64,000 nt of DNA. It comes from Stegostoma tigrinum (taxonomy: Eukaryota). The position numbers and the translations under genes were made by a program. The notes under the pieces are model-generated. The model worked only from the letters and a program-made list of their open reading frames with translations. It was not told the origin of the DNA and searched no databases. Location of the stretch: the NCBI RefSeq assembly GCF_030684315.1, contig NC_081365.1:39330985-39394984 (forward strand). The letters run 5' to 3'. Shown in pieces: positions 1-12,889 of this stretch. How positions within the stretch are numbered: position 1 is the first letter of the stretch; each line of letters begins with the position of its first letter.

Positions 1-374
1 GTAAAGAAGGCAGTTTCCTTCCCTAAAGGACATGAGTGAATCAGATGGATTTTTGCAACAATCGACAATGGATTCACAGTCATCATTAGATTCTCAATTC
101 CAGATATTTTTTATTGAATTCAAATTCCACCATCTGCCATGGTGGGATTAGAACCCAGATCCCCAACTCTGGATTAAAAAGTCCAGCAATAATACCAGTA
201 GGCCATCGCCTCCCGTCTGTTCAACCTGCTACTCAACCAGGCCTTTTCAGAATTTTGGAAGCTTTAGGACAACAGTTCTGAAGAAGAGTCATACTAGACT
301 TGAAATACTACTCTGTTTCTCTCTCCACGGAGGCTACCAAAAACAGAAGTCACCAATACCTTACTGAGAATGGA

Positions 375-955
375 AAAACCAAAAGAACTGCAGATACGGT
401 GAATCAAGAACAAAAACAAAGTTGCTGGAAAAGCTCAGCAGATCTGGCAGCATCTGTGGAGGAGAAAACAGAGTTAACGTTTCAGGTCCGGTGACCCTTC
501 CTCAGAACTGATGGTGGCTGGGAAAACATCAGTTTATTTGCAGAAAATAAGGAGGTGAGTGGGGTAGGGAGTAAACGATAGAATAGAGCCCAAAGAGACA
601 AAAAGACAGTTGAACAGACAAAGTTGATGCTAACGATCAGGTTGGGAGGGGGAATAGTTGTTAATGGGGACTGTTAGTGACTAGCAACAGGAAACATGTA
701 GTGGCAGGCTATGTGGTAACGAGGCCCGGTGTGTGGGGTGGGGGACTGGGACATAGGGGTGTTTAAGGCCCGAAAATTATTGAACTTAATATCAAGTCCC
801 GAGGTCTGAAGGGCCCCCAAGTGGAAAATGAGGTGTTGTTCCTCCAGCTTGCGCTGGGCTTCACTGGAACACTGTAGCAAGCCAGAGACAGAGATGTTGA
901 CCAGGGAACAAGGTGGTGCATTGAAGTGGCAGGCAACAGTTTTGCGAGCAGAACA
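375..955 (-). mobile_element. PLE 3' fragment (GIY-YIG C-terminus plus pLTR)
   Basis: VACHFNAPPCS...GLLQCSSEAQRKLEEQHLIFHLGALQTSGL is homologous to the C-terminus of the 41066 ORF; hammerhead core downstream. Confidence 0.8.
476..505 (-). ncRNA. Minimal hammerhead motif of a second PLE family
   Basis: Reverse complement CTGAGGA-AGGGTCACCGGACCT-GAAACGTT; stem II GGGTC/GACCT differs from the 42723 family. Confidence 0.6.
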
Positions 956-1413
956 TTCAATGCACAATCCACAGCTGTAATCCACAAGACCTCCATCTAT
1001 ATCCATGCAACCTAGAAAAGCCTGAAATCGTGTCCAATTGTCTACTGTGTGCAACTAGCTTAAACAGCAGAACACTGCTTCCCTGCATGTTCTAACAGTG
1101 AAGAGGAATTCATACCTTTTAAAGATATTAACAGTGCATAATACCGCAGAGAGCTGCAACAGATGGCAATCTCTCAAACAAGCTGTCATATCTGATGAGC
1201 AAAGGAAAATTGCAGCTATTCTTTACAATGAGCTCATTCTGGGTGGCAGGGACAGGCAACTAAAGAGGGGATATGACAACAATAAACAACTGTTTTTCTT
1301 CATTGTTATTCTATTGTGACTGATCTCAAATGTTAGCAAACTACATCACAAGACCCTCAGGTGATTCCTCCCATTGTAAGTTACATGTCTATCCTATTTG
1401 TTATTAAACCAAA

Positions 1414-1607
1414 CTCCATCTTCGGTCCGCCTCCCCCTCTCTCCCTATTTATTCCAGTTCCCTCTCCCCATCCCCCTCTCTGATGAAGGGTCTAGGTCCG
1501 AAACGTCAGCTTTTGTGCTCCTGAGATGCTGCTTGGCCTGCTGTGTTCATCCAGCCTCGCATTTTATTATCATGGATTCTCCAGCATCTGCAGTTCCCAT
1601 TATCTCT
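1414..1607 (+). mobile_element. PLE 3' end fragment including terminal tail
   Basis: Near-identical to 42657-42811, plus ~30-nt tail GGATTCTCCAGCATCTGCAGTTCCCATTATCTC. Confidence 0.85.
1480..1507 (+). ncRNA. Minimal hammerhead motif in PLE 3' fragment
   Basis: CTGATGAAGGGTCTAGGTCCGAAACGTC. Confidence 0.65.
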
Positions 1608-3063
1608 GAAACTCATCTCACTACCTGTTTTCTATTTCTTAATGTAACAGAGTGCCCTGCTGAGATAATTGTATCTTTGAAACTCACCCTAGTATTCATA
1701 ATGATTAGGCCTTATGAGAATATCAACAAAAAATACTCAATTCAATTGCCTGTGCAAATGCTCCACCAACAAGCCTGTAAATCAAAATTATGCAGCAGTT
1801 CCCTTTAAAAACACAGCATTTTATACATAGTAGATTAAGCCCTTAGCAAGAGTCAAAATGCATTATTGACGATTTGATGGATAACACAGTTTAGAAAAAA
1901 GAGAAATTGCATTTCCATAGTGTCTATAATGCGACATGACAAAGTGGCCAATTAATTTTGCCTAGAATGTGAATGATGGAAACAGTCCACTCAGCATAAT
2001 CAGTCCATGCCAGCATTTACTAATACAGTGAGAAAATAATGATCATATTTCCTCATGCATTTCCATTTCCCTTTCTCCATAATTCAATGCCAATTCTGCC
2101 TCTATGACTAATCCTAAAAGAAACATATGTCAGGATTCTTTGTGTGAACATTTTTTTTCTGCTGTCTATTCTAATAAATATCATACTATAGCATCCAACC
2201 ACAATATCTAATTAACCTTAGCCAGTGGCCAACTCATTCTAATCATTAACAGGGTGAGGGCATCATTGACCAGGCAGCATTTATTGCCCAGAGGGCAGTT
2301 AAGAGTCAACCACATTGCTGTGGGCCTGGAGTCACATGTAGGCCAGACAAGGTAAGGCAGATCCTTCCCTAAGGGAGGTTAGTGAACCAGATGGGTTTAA
2401 GCGACAATCGACAATTCATGGTTATCATTAGATTCGCCCTCTGCCATGGCAGGATTTGGACCCAGGTCCCCAGAACATTATCAGTATACCACTAGGCCAT
2501 TACATCCCCAACTTGAGATTGGCTTCACTGTTAACTGCCAACTGACTTGCAATTTCACAAATTAAGAAAGTAAACTTAATTTTCAGTTTGCAAGAAAGTA
2601 CATTTTTTGTACTGGCTTCTGGTGGCTCATTGAAGAGGGGACTGGGCTCAGAGAACTTGCTGGCGATGTCAGTGGTCTTGGTATCCAGATGGCTCGGCTA
2701 TTGCTGGGGGGATACTGGCTCAATTTCCACTATGCCAGCTGGTAGAATTTAAATTAATGACTTAATAAAATCTGGAATTGAAATCCAGTCTCATTAATAA
2801 AGAACATGAAACAATTACCATTTGTCATAAAGACCCATCTGGTTCATAAATGCTCTTCTGAGAAGAAAATATGCAATCCTTACCTGGCCTGTTTTACATT
2901 TGAATCCAGACACACAGTAATGTGACTGACCCTTAACTGCCATCTGAAATGGCCTAAGAAACCAGAGATAATAGGAACTGAAGATGCTGGAGAATCCAAG
3001 ATAATAAAATGTGAGGCTGGATGAACACAGCAGGCCCAGCAGCATCTCAGGAGCACAAAAGCT

Positions 3064-3091
3064 GACGTTTCGGGCCTAGACCCTTCATCAG
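3064..3091 (-). ncRNA. Minimal hammerhead motif, left arm of palindromic mini-element
   Basis: Reverse complement reads CTGATGAAGGGTCTAGGCCCGAAACGTC, identical to 42723-42750. Confidence 0.72.
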
Positions 3092-3102
3092 AGAAGGGTC
3101 AT

Positions 3103-3130
3103 CTGATGAAGGATCTAGGCCCGAAACGTC
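3103..3130 (+). ncRNA. Minimal hammerhead motif, right arm of palindromic mini-element
   Basis: CTGATGAAGGATCTAGGCCCGAAACGTC, with one stem II mismatch. Confidence 0.65.
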
Positions 3131-4357
3131 AGCTTTTGTGCTCCTGAGATGCTGCTTGGCCTGCTGTGTTCATCCAGCCTCACATTTTATTATCTTGGCC
3201 TAAGAAACCATTCTGTTGCCCCAAACAGCACAAACATGGGAAGATATAGTTGTCACTGACCCACCGCAGCCTGCAAAGGGACTTCTGAATTTTTTTTTAA
3301 CGGCTATTTAGATGGACTATTAAATTCTCACTCTTAGTAAGTTTCCATTTTAAAAGCCCTTAGGCTCACCCTGATCCTTTCTTAGTCCGTAAATGTTTCA
3401 CTTTAATGCAGTACAAGCTTGAAGTGCAGCCATTGTTTTTATGTACGTAAATGGTGGCACTCACCTTACTCCTAACAAAGTCAATGTGTGAATGTTAATC
3501 AGGACACTCAATTTCTTTTTCAAATAACTTCATGCTTTTGTTTATACACTGAATGGGAGCCCATGCTTTCTAACTCTCACTTGGAGGAAAGCAGGGATAA
3601 TTTGAATGTAATCCATTCAGTTGGGAAGTGGAAACATCAGACTAGCCACTCATTTAACATCTTACCCAAAATCCATGGAATGTAAAATCTGGAGATGAGG
3701 GATATGGATGGCTGCTTCAGTCCCATCATTTTCCCACAGCACTGGTTAGATGAAACTGCATCTCTACTCCTACAGTACTGACAGCATGCTACTTTAAGAG
3801 TGAGGCTTGAAATTCTGAGTCAAAATTCTGACTCAGAAACAACATTGCTGAGGTGGAGGAGGAAGAAGTATGTGCTGTCAAAGCTAATCTGGTCATGAAA
3901 GTTCACTGCAGCATGTCTAACATGAGTCTCAGTTGGTTAGTAAGCAAAATGTAGTGATTACTCTCCTCAACAGACACTAGCTATTTGGAATAGTCTAGTA
4001 ATAGCTGGAATAAAATTCATAATTGAGTACATAATGACTCAGTAAGCATCCATGACAGAGGTGCCCAAATGCTGCATCATCTGGCTGCATGAACATGCTG
4101 CATTGAGATTCAGATGTAGCTTCAGATCTTAACATGACCTGTAGAGGCAAGGCCCTTCTCAGGGGAAAGACCTTCATAAGAATGTATCTACCCCTGCTTT
4201 AAAAATAATCAAGGTCACTGGAACTGTCCTCCTGAAAAGGTGGAGGAAGCAAAGACTTAATACCAACTGAGGAAAAAAGGTCTAATGTTGTTTGTAATTG
4301 CGTGACAAAACTAAACAGTGATCTGAGTTCTGGATTCTCCTGTAAGAGTAACCTTAT

Positions 4358-4651
4358 GGGCGGCACGGTGGCTCTGTGGTTAACACTGCAGCCTCACAGC
4401 ACCAGGGACCTAGGTTCAATTCCAGCCTCGGGCAACTGTCTGTGCAGAGTTTGCACATTCTCCCTGTGTCTGCGTGGGTTTCCTCCCACAGTCTAAAGAT
4501 GTGCAGGCTAGGTGGATCGGCCATGCTAAATTGCCCATAGTGTTCAGGGGTGTGTTGGTTATAGGGGGTTCCGTCTGGGAGGGATGCTGCATTGGGCAGT
4601 GTTGACTTGTTGGGCTGAAAGGCCTGTTTCCACACTGTAGGGAATCTAATC
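4358..4651 (+). mobile_element. HE1-type V-SINE
   Basis: tRNA-like head GGGCGGCACGGTGGC...GGTTCAATTCC, V-domain GAGTTTGCACATTCTCCC, CR1-like tail. Confidence 0.85.
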
Positions 4652-4679
4652 CAAACATTTTCTCCACCTTGACCTTGTC

Positions 4680-5480
4680 AAGATGTCTTAGGATCTTGCA
4701 TTTACTCAATCAGAATCAAATTGCATTTACTCTTGTAAAAATCCAGGGAATACATGCATAGTCTGTCCAATAGTTCTTCTTGAAGACTGTTTGTCCATTC
4801 CCAGATATTAGCCTGACAAACCTTCTCTGGACTGCTTCCAGTGCATTTACATGTCTTCTGAAGTAAGAGATTTTGAGTACAGGAGCAGGGATGTGTTGTT
4901 GCAGTTATACAGAGCCTTTGACCTAGAATATTGTGTGCAGTTTTGTGCCCATCCCTTCTGCTGTTTCATTGAATTCATTTATATAAATTGGAAACATTTG
5001 AGATCCCAGCACCATTTCCTGTGGCACAACACTCATTGCATCTTGCAAGCCTAAAGAAGAACCATTTATCCCGACTCTCTGATTCCTGTTCGCCGGCCAA
5101 TCTTCTATCCATGTCAAAATGCCACCTACTACAGCTCGAGACTTTATTTTCTACAATAACCTTCGATGTAGCACCTAATCAAATACCTTCTGCAAATATA
5201 AGTATACTGCACACATCCATTTCCTGTTATCCACATGTGTTTATTCCACAAAGTACTTTAATAGATTGGTCAAACACAATTTTCCTCTCACAAACCATGT
5301 TGACTCTACCTTAAATCTATTAACTGTCCCATTATAGCTTCCTTAATAACAGGCTTTATTGTTTATTTCCAGTGATGGATGTTAATTTCACTGGCCTGTA
5401 GCTTCCCGATTTCTGTGGGAGTTACAATTGCCATCTCCAATATTCTGGGATTTTCCGCAAATCAAGGGCATTTTTGGAAA
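4680..5480 (-). mobile_element. CR1 LINE fragment with internal inversion
   Basis: WIEDW.ANRNQRVGING and VPQ..VLG on minus; 4866-4944 lies in + orientation. Confidence 0.7.
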
Positions 5481-8419
5481 ATAAAAACTTGGAAAAGATA
5501 TCAGAACTATGTGAATTTTCAATGATAGTTTAAAGTTGGAATCTGATGTGATATGTTACCAGGAATGTGTGTGCAGCCACCAGGACAGGGAGATAGGTCA
5601 GTTTGTGTACCAGCTCCTCAGAGGGCAAGGTCACATTCCAGTTCTGTTGCAGGGGACATGGGTGATATCCTCTTTGACTTTGACTACAGAAAAATGATGA
5701 TGAATGTGCACACAAAAGCACTTGACGCATTGGCGTTGTCTGCCAAGTAGCCTGCGGTCACTGGATAGAAGCATGAGGAATCCACCTCCAGCAGATTAGA
5801 GGGTACTGTGGAGAGTCTGGAGCCCATGCTTTTTGCTATGAAGGGAGCATTTGATAACTGTAGTATCAGCCTTGACTGCAGCACAAACCAAATCCTACTG
5901 AAGTAACTGCACTGCATTGGAAACTCAGACAGAAGTCATCAGACTACCGGTTGCTAGTTTGCAGTCTCAAGGGCCAGACAGGTACCACAGACAGACGTCA
6001 AGGTGCTGCCTTGTAGCAGTGGAACATGAACCTGCTGTCCTCTCATCCTCCCATCATTGGCCTTGCTGCTGTCTGTCAGTCAGTTAACCAGCTCAGCCTG
6101 CTGCTGCCCGTGCTGAAGTGGTGTAGTCCAGAGCTGGACTCCTCAAGGCCCACAGTTGCTCAAGCCTGAGTTGCAAGGTCAGCTGCAGCTCTGCCAGTGA
6201 AGGTCAGCATCTAGGATAGCATTGCATAGGAGTGTTGGGTTAGACACGATCACTGCAAGGCAGACACAAAGGAAGTACAAACAATTATTAGCTTTTCTTG
6301 TATTGTTTACTACTGGCTGCATAAAGTCATTATATAATAATTGATGTGATTTTGAAGCAGGCCAAGGAGAATTTGCAAGTCTAATTCTGGGTATATTGTT
6401 TGGAAATGGTGGGTTCATGTAAATGCTGGCAAAGTCCCTATTAACTGAAGCAAAAACACACAAGATGGTCACATTCATGCGATCCAGTTGCATTTGGGAT
6501 ATATGGTTTCCTCCCTTCCTCCTTCTTCTCTCCACCTGCCAACGATGTGTCCTCGGGATCACAGAGAGATATTACCTGGGACCCTCATAATCATTACTGC
6601 GATAGAGGAGGCAGTGTACTGCATGGAGACCATCTCAGATGTTTCATCTACAAATTTCACCAATACCTTTCCCAGCACACAATAAACCAAGAAGTAAAAT
6701 CACTGTTTCAGGAGTCCATTAACCTGATGGTTTGTTCCAGTGTAGCAGGTGGTTCCATGTCTTTCAGTGTAGATCCTCCAACTTTGTGAGGTAAGATAGA
6801 AGGTCAGGAGACTCTGTACGGATGGGGCGGGAGGTAGCCAAGTGTCCCACAGCCACCCTGCGGCTAGAAGCTCATAGATGGTGGGAATTGTTAACTGTGT
6901 AAAATCATCAGGTGCTGCTAGGCTAGTGGGCATTTATTGAAATATCTCAACATATCACACATATCCAGTGTGTATGAACTGAATGATAACCCTGTGGCTA
7001 CAGTACTGCTACTTCATAGTGCCACATGGGTGCAGTTCTGAAGTACTGGAAAGCGTGTTATCATTATGAATACAAATGCCTCTCCATTCTGGGCCATTCT
7101 TCCTCATGGATAAAGTGGTTAATTTCTCCTCTTCTCCAAGAGTAAATCTGTCACCTCCAGGATACTTCTTTGCATAGCTAACATTTTGCTAATGCCATCA
7201 GTTTCTATCTGGAGGCATAGGAGATGCCTTCACAAAGGGTTTATTGGGCTTGACCTCTGAGCCACTGACATTCTGGCATGTGCCTTCTCCTCATGGCAGC
7301 CCCTTTGCATACATTGCTAACTCCTGAAAACAGATCTACAATTTTGTTTTTGGAGAGGAAAGTAAGTTTTTAAAAAAAATCTAAAGTCAGTGACTTTCCG
7401 TTCATGTTAAGATCCAAGCTGAGCAACTGGCACCTTAAGAGGTATTCAATAGAGCTTGACTTTTCTAGTGTGAGAAGTCAGAAATATTGTGCATCATACC
7501 AGAAGCCTTGGTATTGCAAAGAATGGAATGTTAAACAATGGGGTACATAATGAAATTTATAATTCAGAATCCCGCAATGCTTTACTCGTAAATACTGTAA
7601 AAGCATACAGGATGAAGGTTACCACAATGGGCAAGCCTTTGTATTTGGGCAAAGGCAAACAGAGAAAATAGTAAATGAAATGGGAGTATGAGACAAGTTG
7701 TGATGTGTTTTTTTTATAATCAAAATATACCAAGGATCTCTGTTTTACATGTATCTGCTTAATGCTGTTCCAGCAAAAGTAAGCTTTCAATGGGTTAAGT
7801 AAATAGCACAATGGTGCTACTGAATTATATTGTGTTTTCAAACAGTGTTCATAAAGTTGCCAACACAATTTGAGGTGAGAGGTTGCCATGGACACTTTCA
7901 CAATTATACATGCGGGTTCTATAATCTGACTGCTGAATGCTTTCAAGAAGGCCATACTTCTAAACAAATGGTTTTCACAGAAATGAATGAAACCCACAGA
8001 ACTTTTAACAACCCTTTGACAGCACATTTCCTTTATACAAAATGTTTATTCTGATGAGGACACAACAGTTATATAATACACTGATCATGCGTCTAAGGAT
8101 GGACACAACATAATTTGACCAAACATATATCTTGTGAGCGAAATATATGGCTTTTCTTCAAAACTCTTTCATATTTTCAGTCAACTTACAAAAATTACAT
8201 AATTTTAACCTAACTATTCGATCATGAAAATGCCACACTACAGGTCAAGTCGCAGCTTTTTAAATTAGCATACATAGTAATATATGGTATGCCTATGGAT
8301 TATAGGGAAGCTGATACAATAATTTTTCCAAGCAAAGACTATTCTACTGATTGCTTTTTCAGAAATAACATTGAACTTATAACAATGTTCTGTTTGCTCA
8401 CCATATTAAATGACTACAC

Positions 8420-8980
8420 TAATTTGCACTTATATAGTACTTCTAGCGCAACAAAATGTCCCAAGGCGCTTCACAGGGGAATTATAAAGCAAAATTAGAC
8501 TCTCAGCCACATTGGGCAGCGTTAGAGAAAATAACTAAATATTCAATCAAAGGATTGGTTTTCAGGAGCCTCTTAAGGGAAGAAAGATAGAAATTTAAAT
8601 GGATTTAGGGTGGCAATTCCAAAGTTTACACCTAAGCTACCAGTAGTGGAGTGAGTAATGATGCGCAAAGTCCAGAATTCATTGTGGGCAAATATCATAG
8701 GTCTTGTGGGGCTGGAGGATATTATAGAGATAGGGTGACGTGAGCCATAGAGGAGTCTGTACAGCAGGATGAGAATTTTAGTTCAAAGCATTGCTTGACT
8801 TGACACCAAAGTAGGTCAGTGATCGCAGGAAAAAGGGGAACAGAATTTGGTATAAGTAAGGATGCAGGCAGCAGAGTGCTAAATGACCTTAAATTTATGG
8901 ATTATAGAAAATGAGAGTTAAGCTAAGAATGCATTGAAATAGTTAGGCTAGTGCAAACAAAAACTTGAATGATTGCATAA
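8420..8980 (-). mobile_element. L2-like LINE 3' remnant
   Basis: TTGCACTTATATAG...CCCAAGGCGCTTCACAG terminal motif typical of L2 3' ends. Confidence 0.5.
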
Positions 8981-9399
8981 CATAGGAACGTTGAAGTCAG
9001 CCATTTGGCTTTTCAAGCCTGTGCATTCAATGAGATTGTGACTAACCTATGGCCTAATTACATATGGGAGAAACAAAACCCATGGAGTCCATGTACATAA
9101 TTCTGGTAAATTCACACTGCATTTCCTATTGGGTCAATATATCTTTCTTATGATGGCACCCAAAACTGCTCCAAATATTTAATATGTGGTCTAGCCAAGG
9201 CTTTGTATAGCTAAACAATAGCTTTTATCCCTTTATAGTCTAATCCACTAAATCTTCTCCCTGGATTACTGAGAGTTGATGTGGTGGAAAGGCTTGTGTG
9301 CATTGATGATCCCTTGAATAATGCAGTTTGGATGCCTCTAGTCTGTTCAATTTGGCATACCACGCTTGATTTAATCAATCTGCACAAGGAATTCAACCA

Positions 9400-10205
9400 A
9401 TGTAAATGATTTTTCTTTGGATAACAATTATCAACCCACACCTGCTAAATATTCCACCTCCTTTCTATCTCTGGAGTATGTTCAGCACTTCCCATAACTT
9501 GGCAGCCAACGCTCTCGAAAGGCCACCCTTAAGGAACTCCAGCACTGGTGTAGTTGTGTCAGCCTTCGACAAACTATTGCAGCAAGTGTTTGCATTAAGG
9601 GTCTGTGCAAGTCAACAAAAGACGTAGCACACAGAATAGCTGTCATTACCACTGTGCTGTGATCTAGTGGAATCTGGATTGTGCATCAGCAACCCAAAGA
9701 GTGTTTGGCAAATTCCACCAGCAATGATCCACATTTATCCTCCAGATTCAAGGAGTGGAACATTAACCAAATGCTTTTGACCTTCTTAAAGACAACTCCA
9801 CCATCATCCGGGCAAAACGCCTCCAAAATCAACTTCATAGACACTGTGTCTGTATACTTCAAAACTATCTTCTTCACCATGTCTAGTTTCTCAACTTTCA
9901 AAAGGCAAGTATTCTAGGGGATGATATGGAAAACACTGCACAGACATTCTGAAGCTCTCTCTGAAGCACAGCAACATTGACATTAGTCACTGGAAAGAAC
10001 TCGCTACAAATCATTCAGAGTGGTGAAAACTTGTCCACCAAGCTTCAAGTCCAAATACAGTAATGCTGAGATAGCACAGCAGCAGAGAAGGGAGGAAGAC
10101 AGCAAATACTACACACCAGATACCACTACTTTGTGGGACATCTTAGCCAAGTGCCCAAAGATTGAAGTGTCGAGAATCAGGCTAGCCAGTCACATGACCC
10201 ACAAC
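9400..10205 (+). mobile_element. RTE-clade LINE 3' remnant
   Basis: C-terminal KCPKIEVSRIRLASHM resembles the RTE C-terminal SRIGLxSH motif; heavily decayed. Confidence 0.5.
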
Positions 10206-10224
10206 AGAAACTCATACCCATGTA

Positions 10225-10935
10225 CTGAAAACAACAAATGCTGGAGATCACGGTGAGTCAGACAGCATCCACGGAGACATCAAGGTAATGTTTTGAATCC
10301 AGATGACTCTTCATCAGAGCTGAAGTGAAGTATGGAGGGGACAGCATTTATGCTATTGTTTGGGGCTGGAGGTAGTGGGTGTAGGGTGCTAGTGGCGAAA
10401 AGATGTTGATAGATCGGAATGTGAGAATGGCAGAACAATGACGTGTCTCCTGCCAGACCTGAAGAGACAATAACTGGGATTGCAGGGGGGAGGATGGGAC
10501 ATGATAACAAGCTAAAGGAAAGCGAAGAATTGGTTCACAGTTTAAATGTGTTCCAGAAGACTGTAAAATACCTAGTCTGAAGATGAGATATTGTTCCTTT
10601 TCAGTTTGCACTGTGATTCTGGACACTGGAACACTGCAGTATGCCGAGGACAGACGTGTGGGTGTGTGTGCAAGATGCTGTGTTAAAATAACAAAGTGTG
10701 AAGCTGGATGAACACAGCGGTTATCTTGGATAACAAACAATCTTGGATTCTCCAGCATCTGCAGTTCCCATCATCTCTGCTGTGTTAAAATGGCCAGCTG
10801 TAGGAAAGTCAGGATCTTGTGTGCGCACAGACCGGAGGCGTTCTGCAAAGTGGTCACCCAGTTTGCGTTTGGTCTCTCCAACGTAGAGTAGGCCACATTG
10901 GGTGCAGCGAATACAATACACAGGACTGGAGGAGG
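10225..10935 (-). mobile_element. PLE 3' fragment (GIY-YIG plus pLTR)
   Basis: YCIRCTQCGLLYVGETKRKLGDHFAE and EQYLIFRLGILQ; eroded hammerhead at 10287-10317. Confidence 0.8.
10690..10777. mobile_element. 88-bp scrambled PLE terminal micro-insertion with 14-bp TSD, nested in an older PLE
   Basis: TGCTGTGTTAAAAT at 10676-10689 and 10778-10791. Insert is an inverted pLTR-end fragment, filler, and the direct 3' tail. Confidence 0.8.
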
Positions 10936-11575
10936 CATTGGGTACACTTGTCTTTATTGGTCAGTGCATTAATTATAGGAGTTAGGATGTCATATTGCAG
11001 CTGTATAGGACATTGGTTAGGCCACTTTTGGAGTACTATCTTCAAATCTGATCTCCCTGCTACAGGAAAGATGTTGTTAAATTCAAAAGGGTGCAGAAAG
11101 CATTTCCAAGGATGTTGCTGGAATTGGAGTGTTTGAGCTTTAGAGAGAGGCTGAATAGGCTTAGAGCTATTTTCCCTGGATTGTCGGAGGCTGAGGGGTG
11201 ACTTATAAAAGTTTCTAAAATCATGAGGGGTATGAATAGGTTGAATAGACAAGATCATTTTCCTAGGGTAGGGGAGTCCAAAACTAGAGGTGTAAGGTGT
11301 AAGGGGAAAGATATAAAAGAAATCTAAGGAGCAACTTTTTCACTCAGAGCGTGGTACGTGAATGGAATGAGCTGCCAGAGGAAGTTGTGGAGTCTGATAC
11401 AATTACAACATTTAAAAGACATCTGGATGGGTACACAAATAGGAATGGTTTAGAGGGATATGGGCTAAATGCTGGCAAATGGGATTAGATTATTTCAGGA
11501 TATCTGGTTGGCATGGACGAGTTGGACCAAAGGGTCTGTTTCCACACTGTACAACTCTATGAGTCTGTGACTCTA
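10936..11575 (+). mobile_element. CR1 (HER1-like) LINE 3' fragment
   Basis: Decayed LYRTLVRP..EY, FFTQ.VV..WNELP region and tail GGACCAAAGGGTCTGTTTCC. Confidence 0.8.
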
Positions 11576-12813
11576 TATGTCTCAAACAAGAGATAGCAGG
11601 CATTTTTTTTGATCACTTTCCATGCCTAGTTTTATATACCTTTTAACGATCTGTGTACCAGGACTTTCATGTCTCTTTGGATGTCTCCGATTTTTAATTA
11701 TTTATCATTTAGGAATGAGTCAGATGAAAGGTTATCAACTTGAAATATTGACTCTGATTTTCCCAGCCTCCAGACTTGGCCATACTTACTGGGTATTTCC
11801 AGCATTTTCAGATATCTTTCAGATTTCCACCAAAGCCAGTGTTTTGCTCTTGGCCCATTTTCCTTAGGTCTTTATTTCCTGTCAGTCAATGAACTTTCTA
11901 TTCATGAAATAAATAACACATCAGACAAGGAGGATTGCATACTGGCTTCAGTGTAAAAACAAAAAAGTGTGAAACCTCAATTTAAAAAAAACGTAGAGTC
12001 ATGATTGTTAAAACAAATTTGGATGGTTAACTGCATGATACTTTAATGATCAAAAGTATGATTATCATGTGGGCAATATTGTAATCATTACATTTACACA
12101 CTAATAGGAGCAATCTAAGCAGCTACTCTATATTTTTGTGAAGGAGACATGTATTGGGATTCAGGAAAGTTGTCAAGTTTGCAAACCTATCTCATTTAAG
12201 AAAGTCCTCACCTGCTATATTTCCATTCCAGGGAGGGTGGTATAGGATGAGATGGAGCCTGCTGCTGGAGAGGCAGACCAGAGGCAACAATGGAGGCAGA
12301 TAGATGGTGGGACAGGCAGGGTCAAACACCCACTTCAGACTACTGTGAATATCAGGTCCTCTAGCCTTCAATCCCTTGCCCACATCCAGCCCATGGACCC
12401 AATTTCCAGAGCAGACACCGTTAACTCTTTGACCTCCTTCCAAACTGTGACATTTTGTATCAGTAAAAGCAGGCTGATCGCCAAACAGATAGGTTCAGCA
12501 CAAATGTCTGGCTGAGCTCCAAAAATGGAAAATCAACTTAGTTCTCAGGGAGAGGCAGAGGGGAGGGAATGCATTATTTGACTGGCATCTCTAGTACCTT
12601 GAAATGGCCATTTTATTGATGATTTTATTTCCCACTCTTTGCGTGTTTATTGACCAAAACCTAAGAGGTCCTGAATGAATTGAAGCTTCTGCACTTTGAT
12701 GACCCGAATGGCTGTGATTGGTTCACATCATAGTGTGAAGATAAGAGAGTTAATATACCTCAACGTGGATGTTGAATGGCTGTTGTATTTGGCTGCTATC
12801 TCTGGACAAAGGA

Positions 12814-12815
<2 letters not shown>

Positions 12816-12886
<71 letters not shown>
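12816..12886. repeat. Perfect (GT)n microsatellite, ~35 units
   Basis: Directly visible. Confidence 0.98.

Positions 12887-12889
<3 letters not shown>

Larger units (their letters stand above)
2965..3195. mobile_element. Palindromic PLE-derived mini-element with 15-bp TSD
   Basis: Arms ~2996-3092 and 3102-3198 are inverted copies with 2 mismatches. TSD TGGCCTAAGAAACCA at 2950-2964 and 3196-3210. Inserted into a SINE. Confidence 0.9.

Noticed and set aside
5500-6950. GC-richer segment vaguely reminiscent of a decayed PIF/Harbinger element
   Set aside because: No convincing DDE motif, TIR or TSD could be read; needs a profile search.
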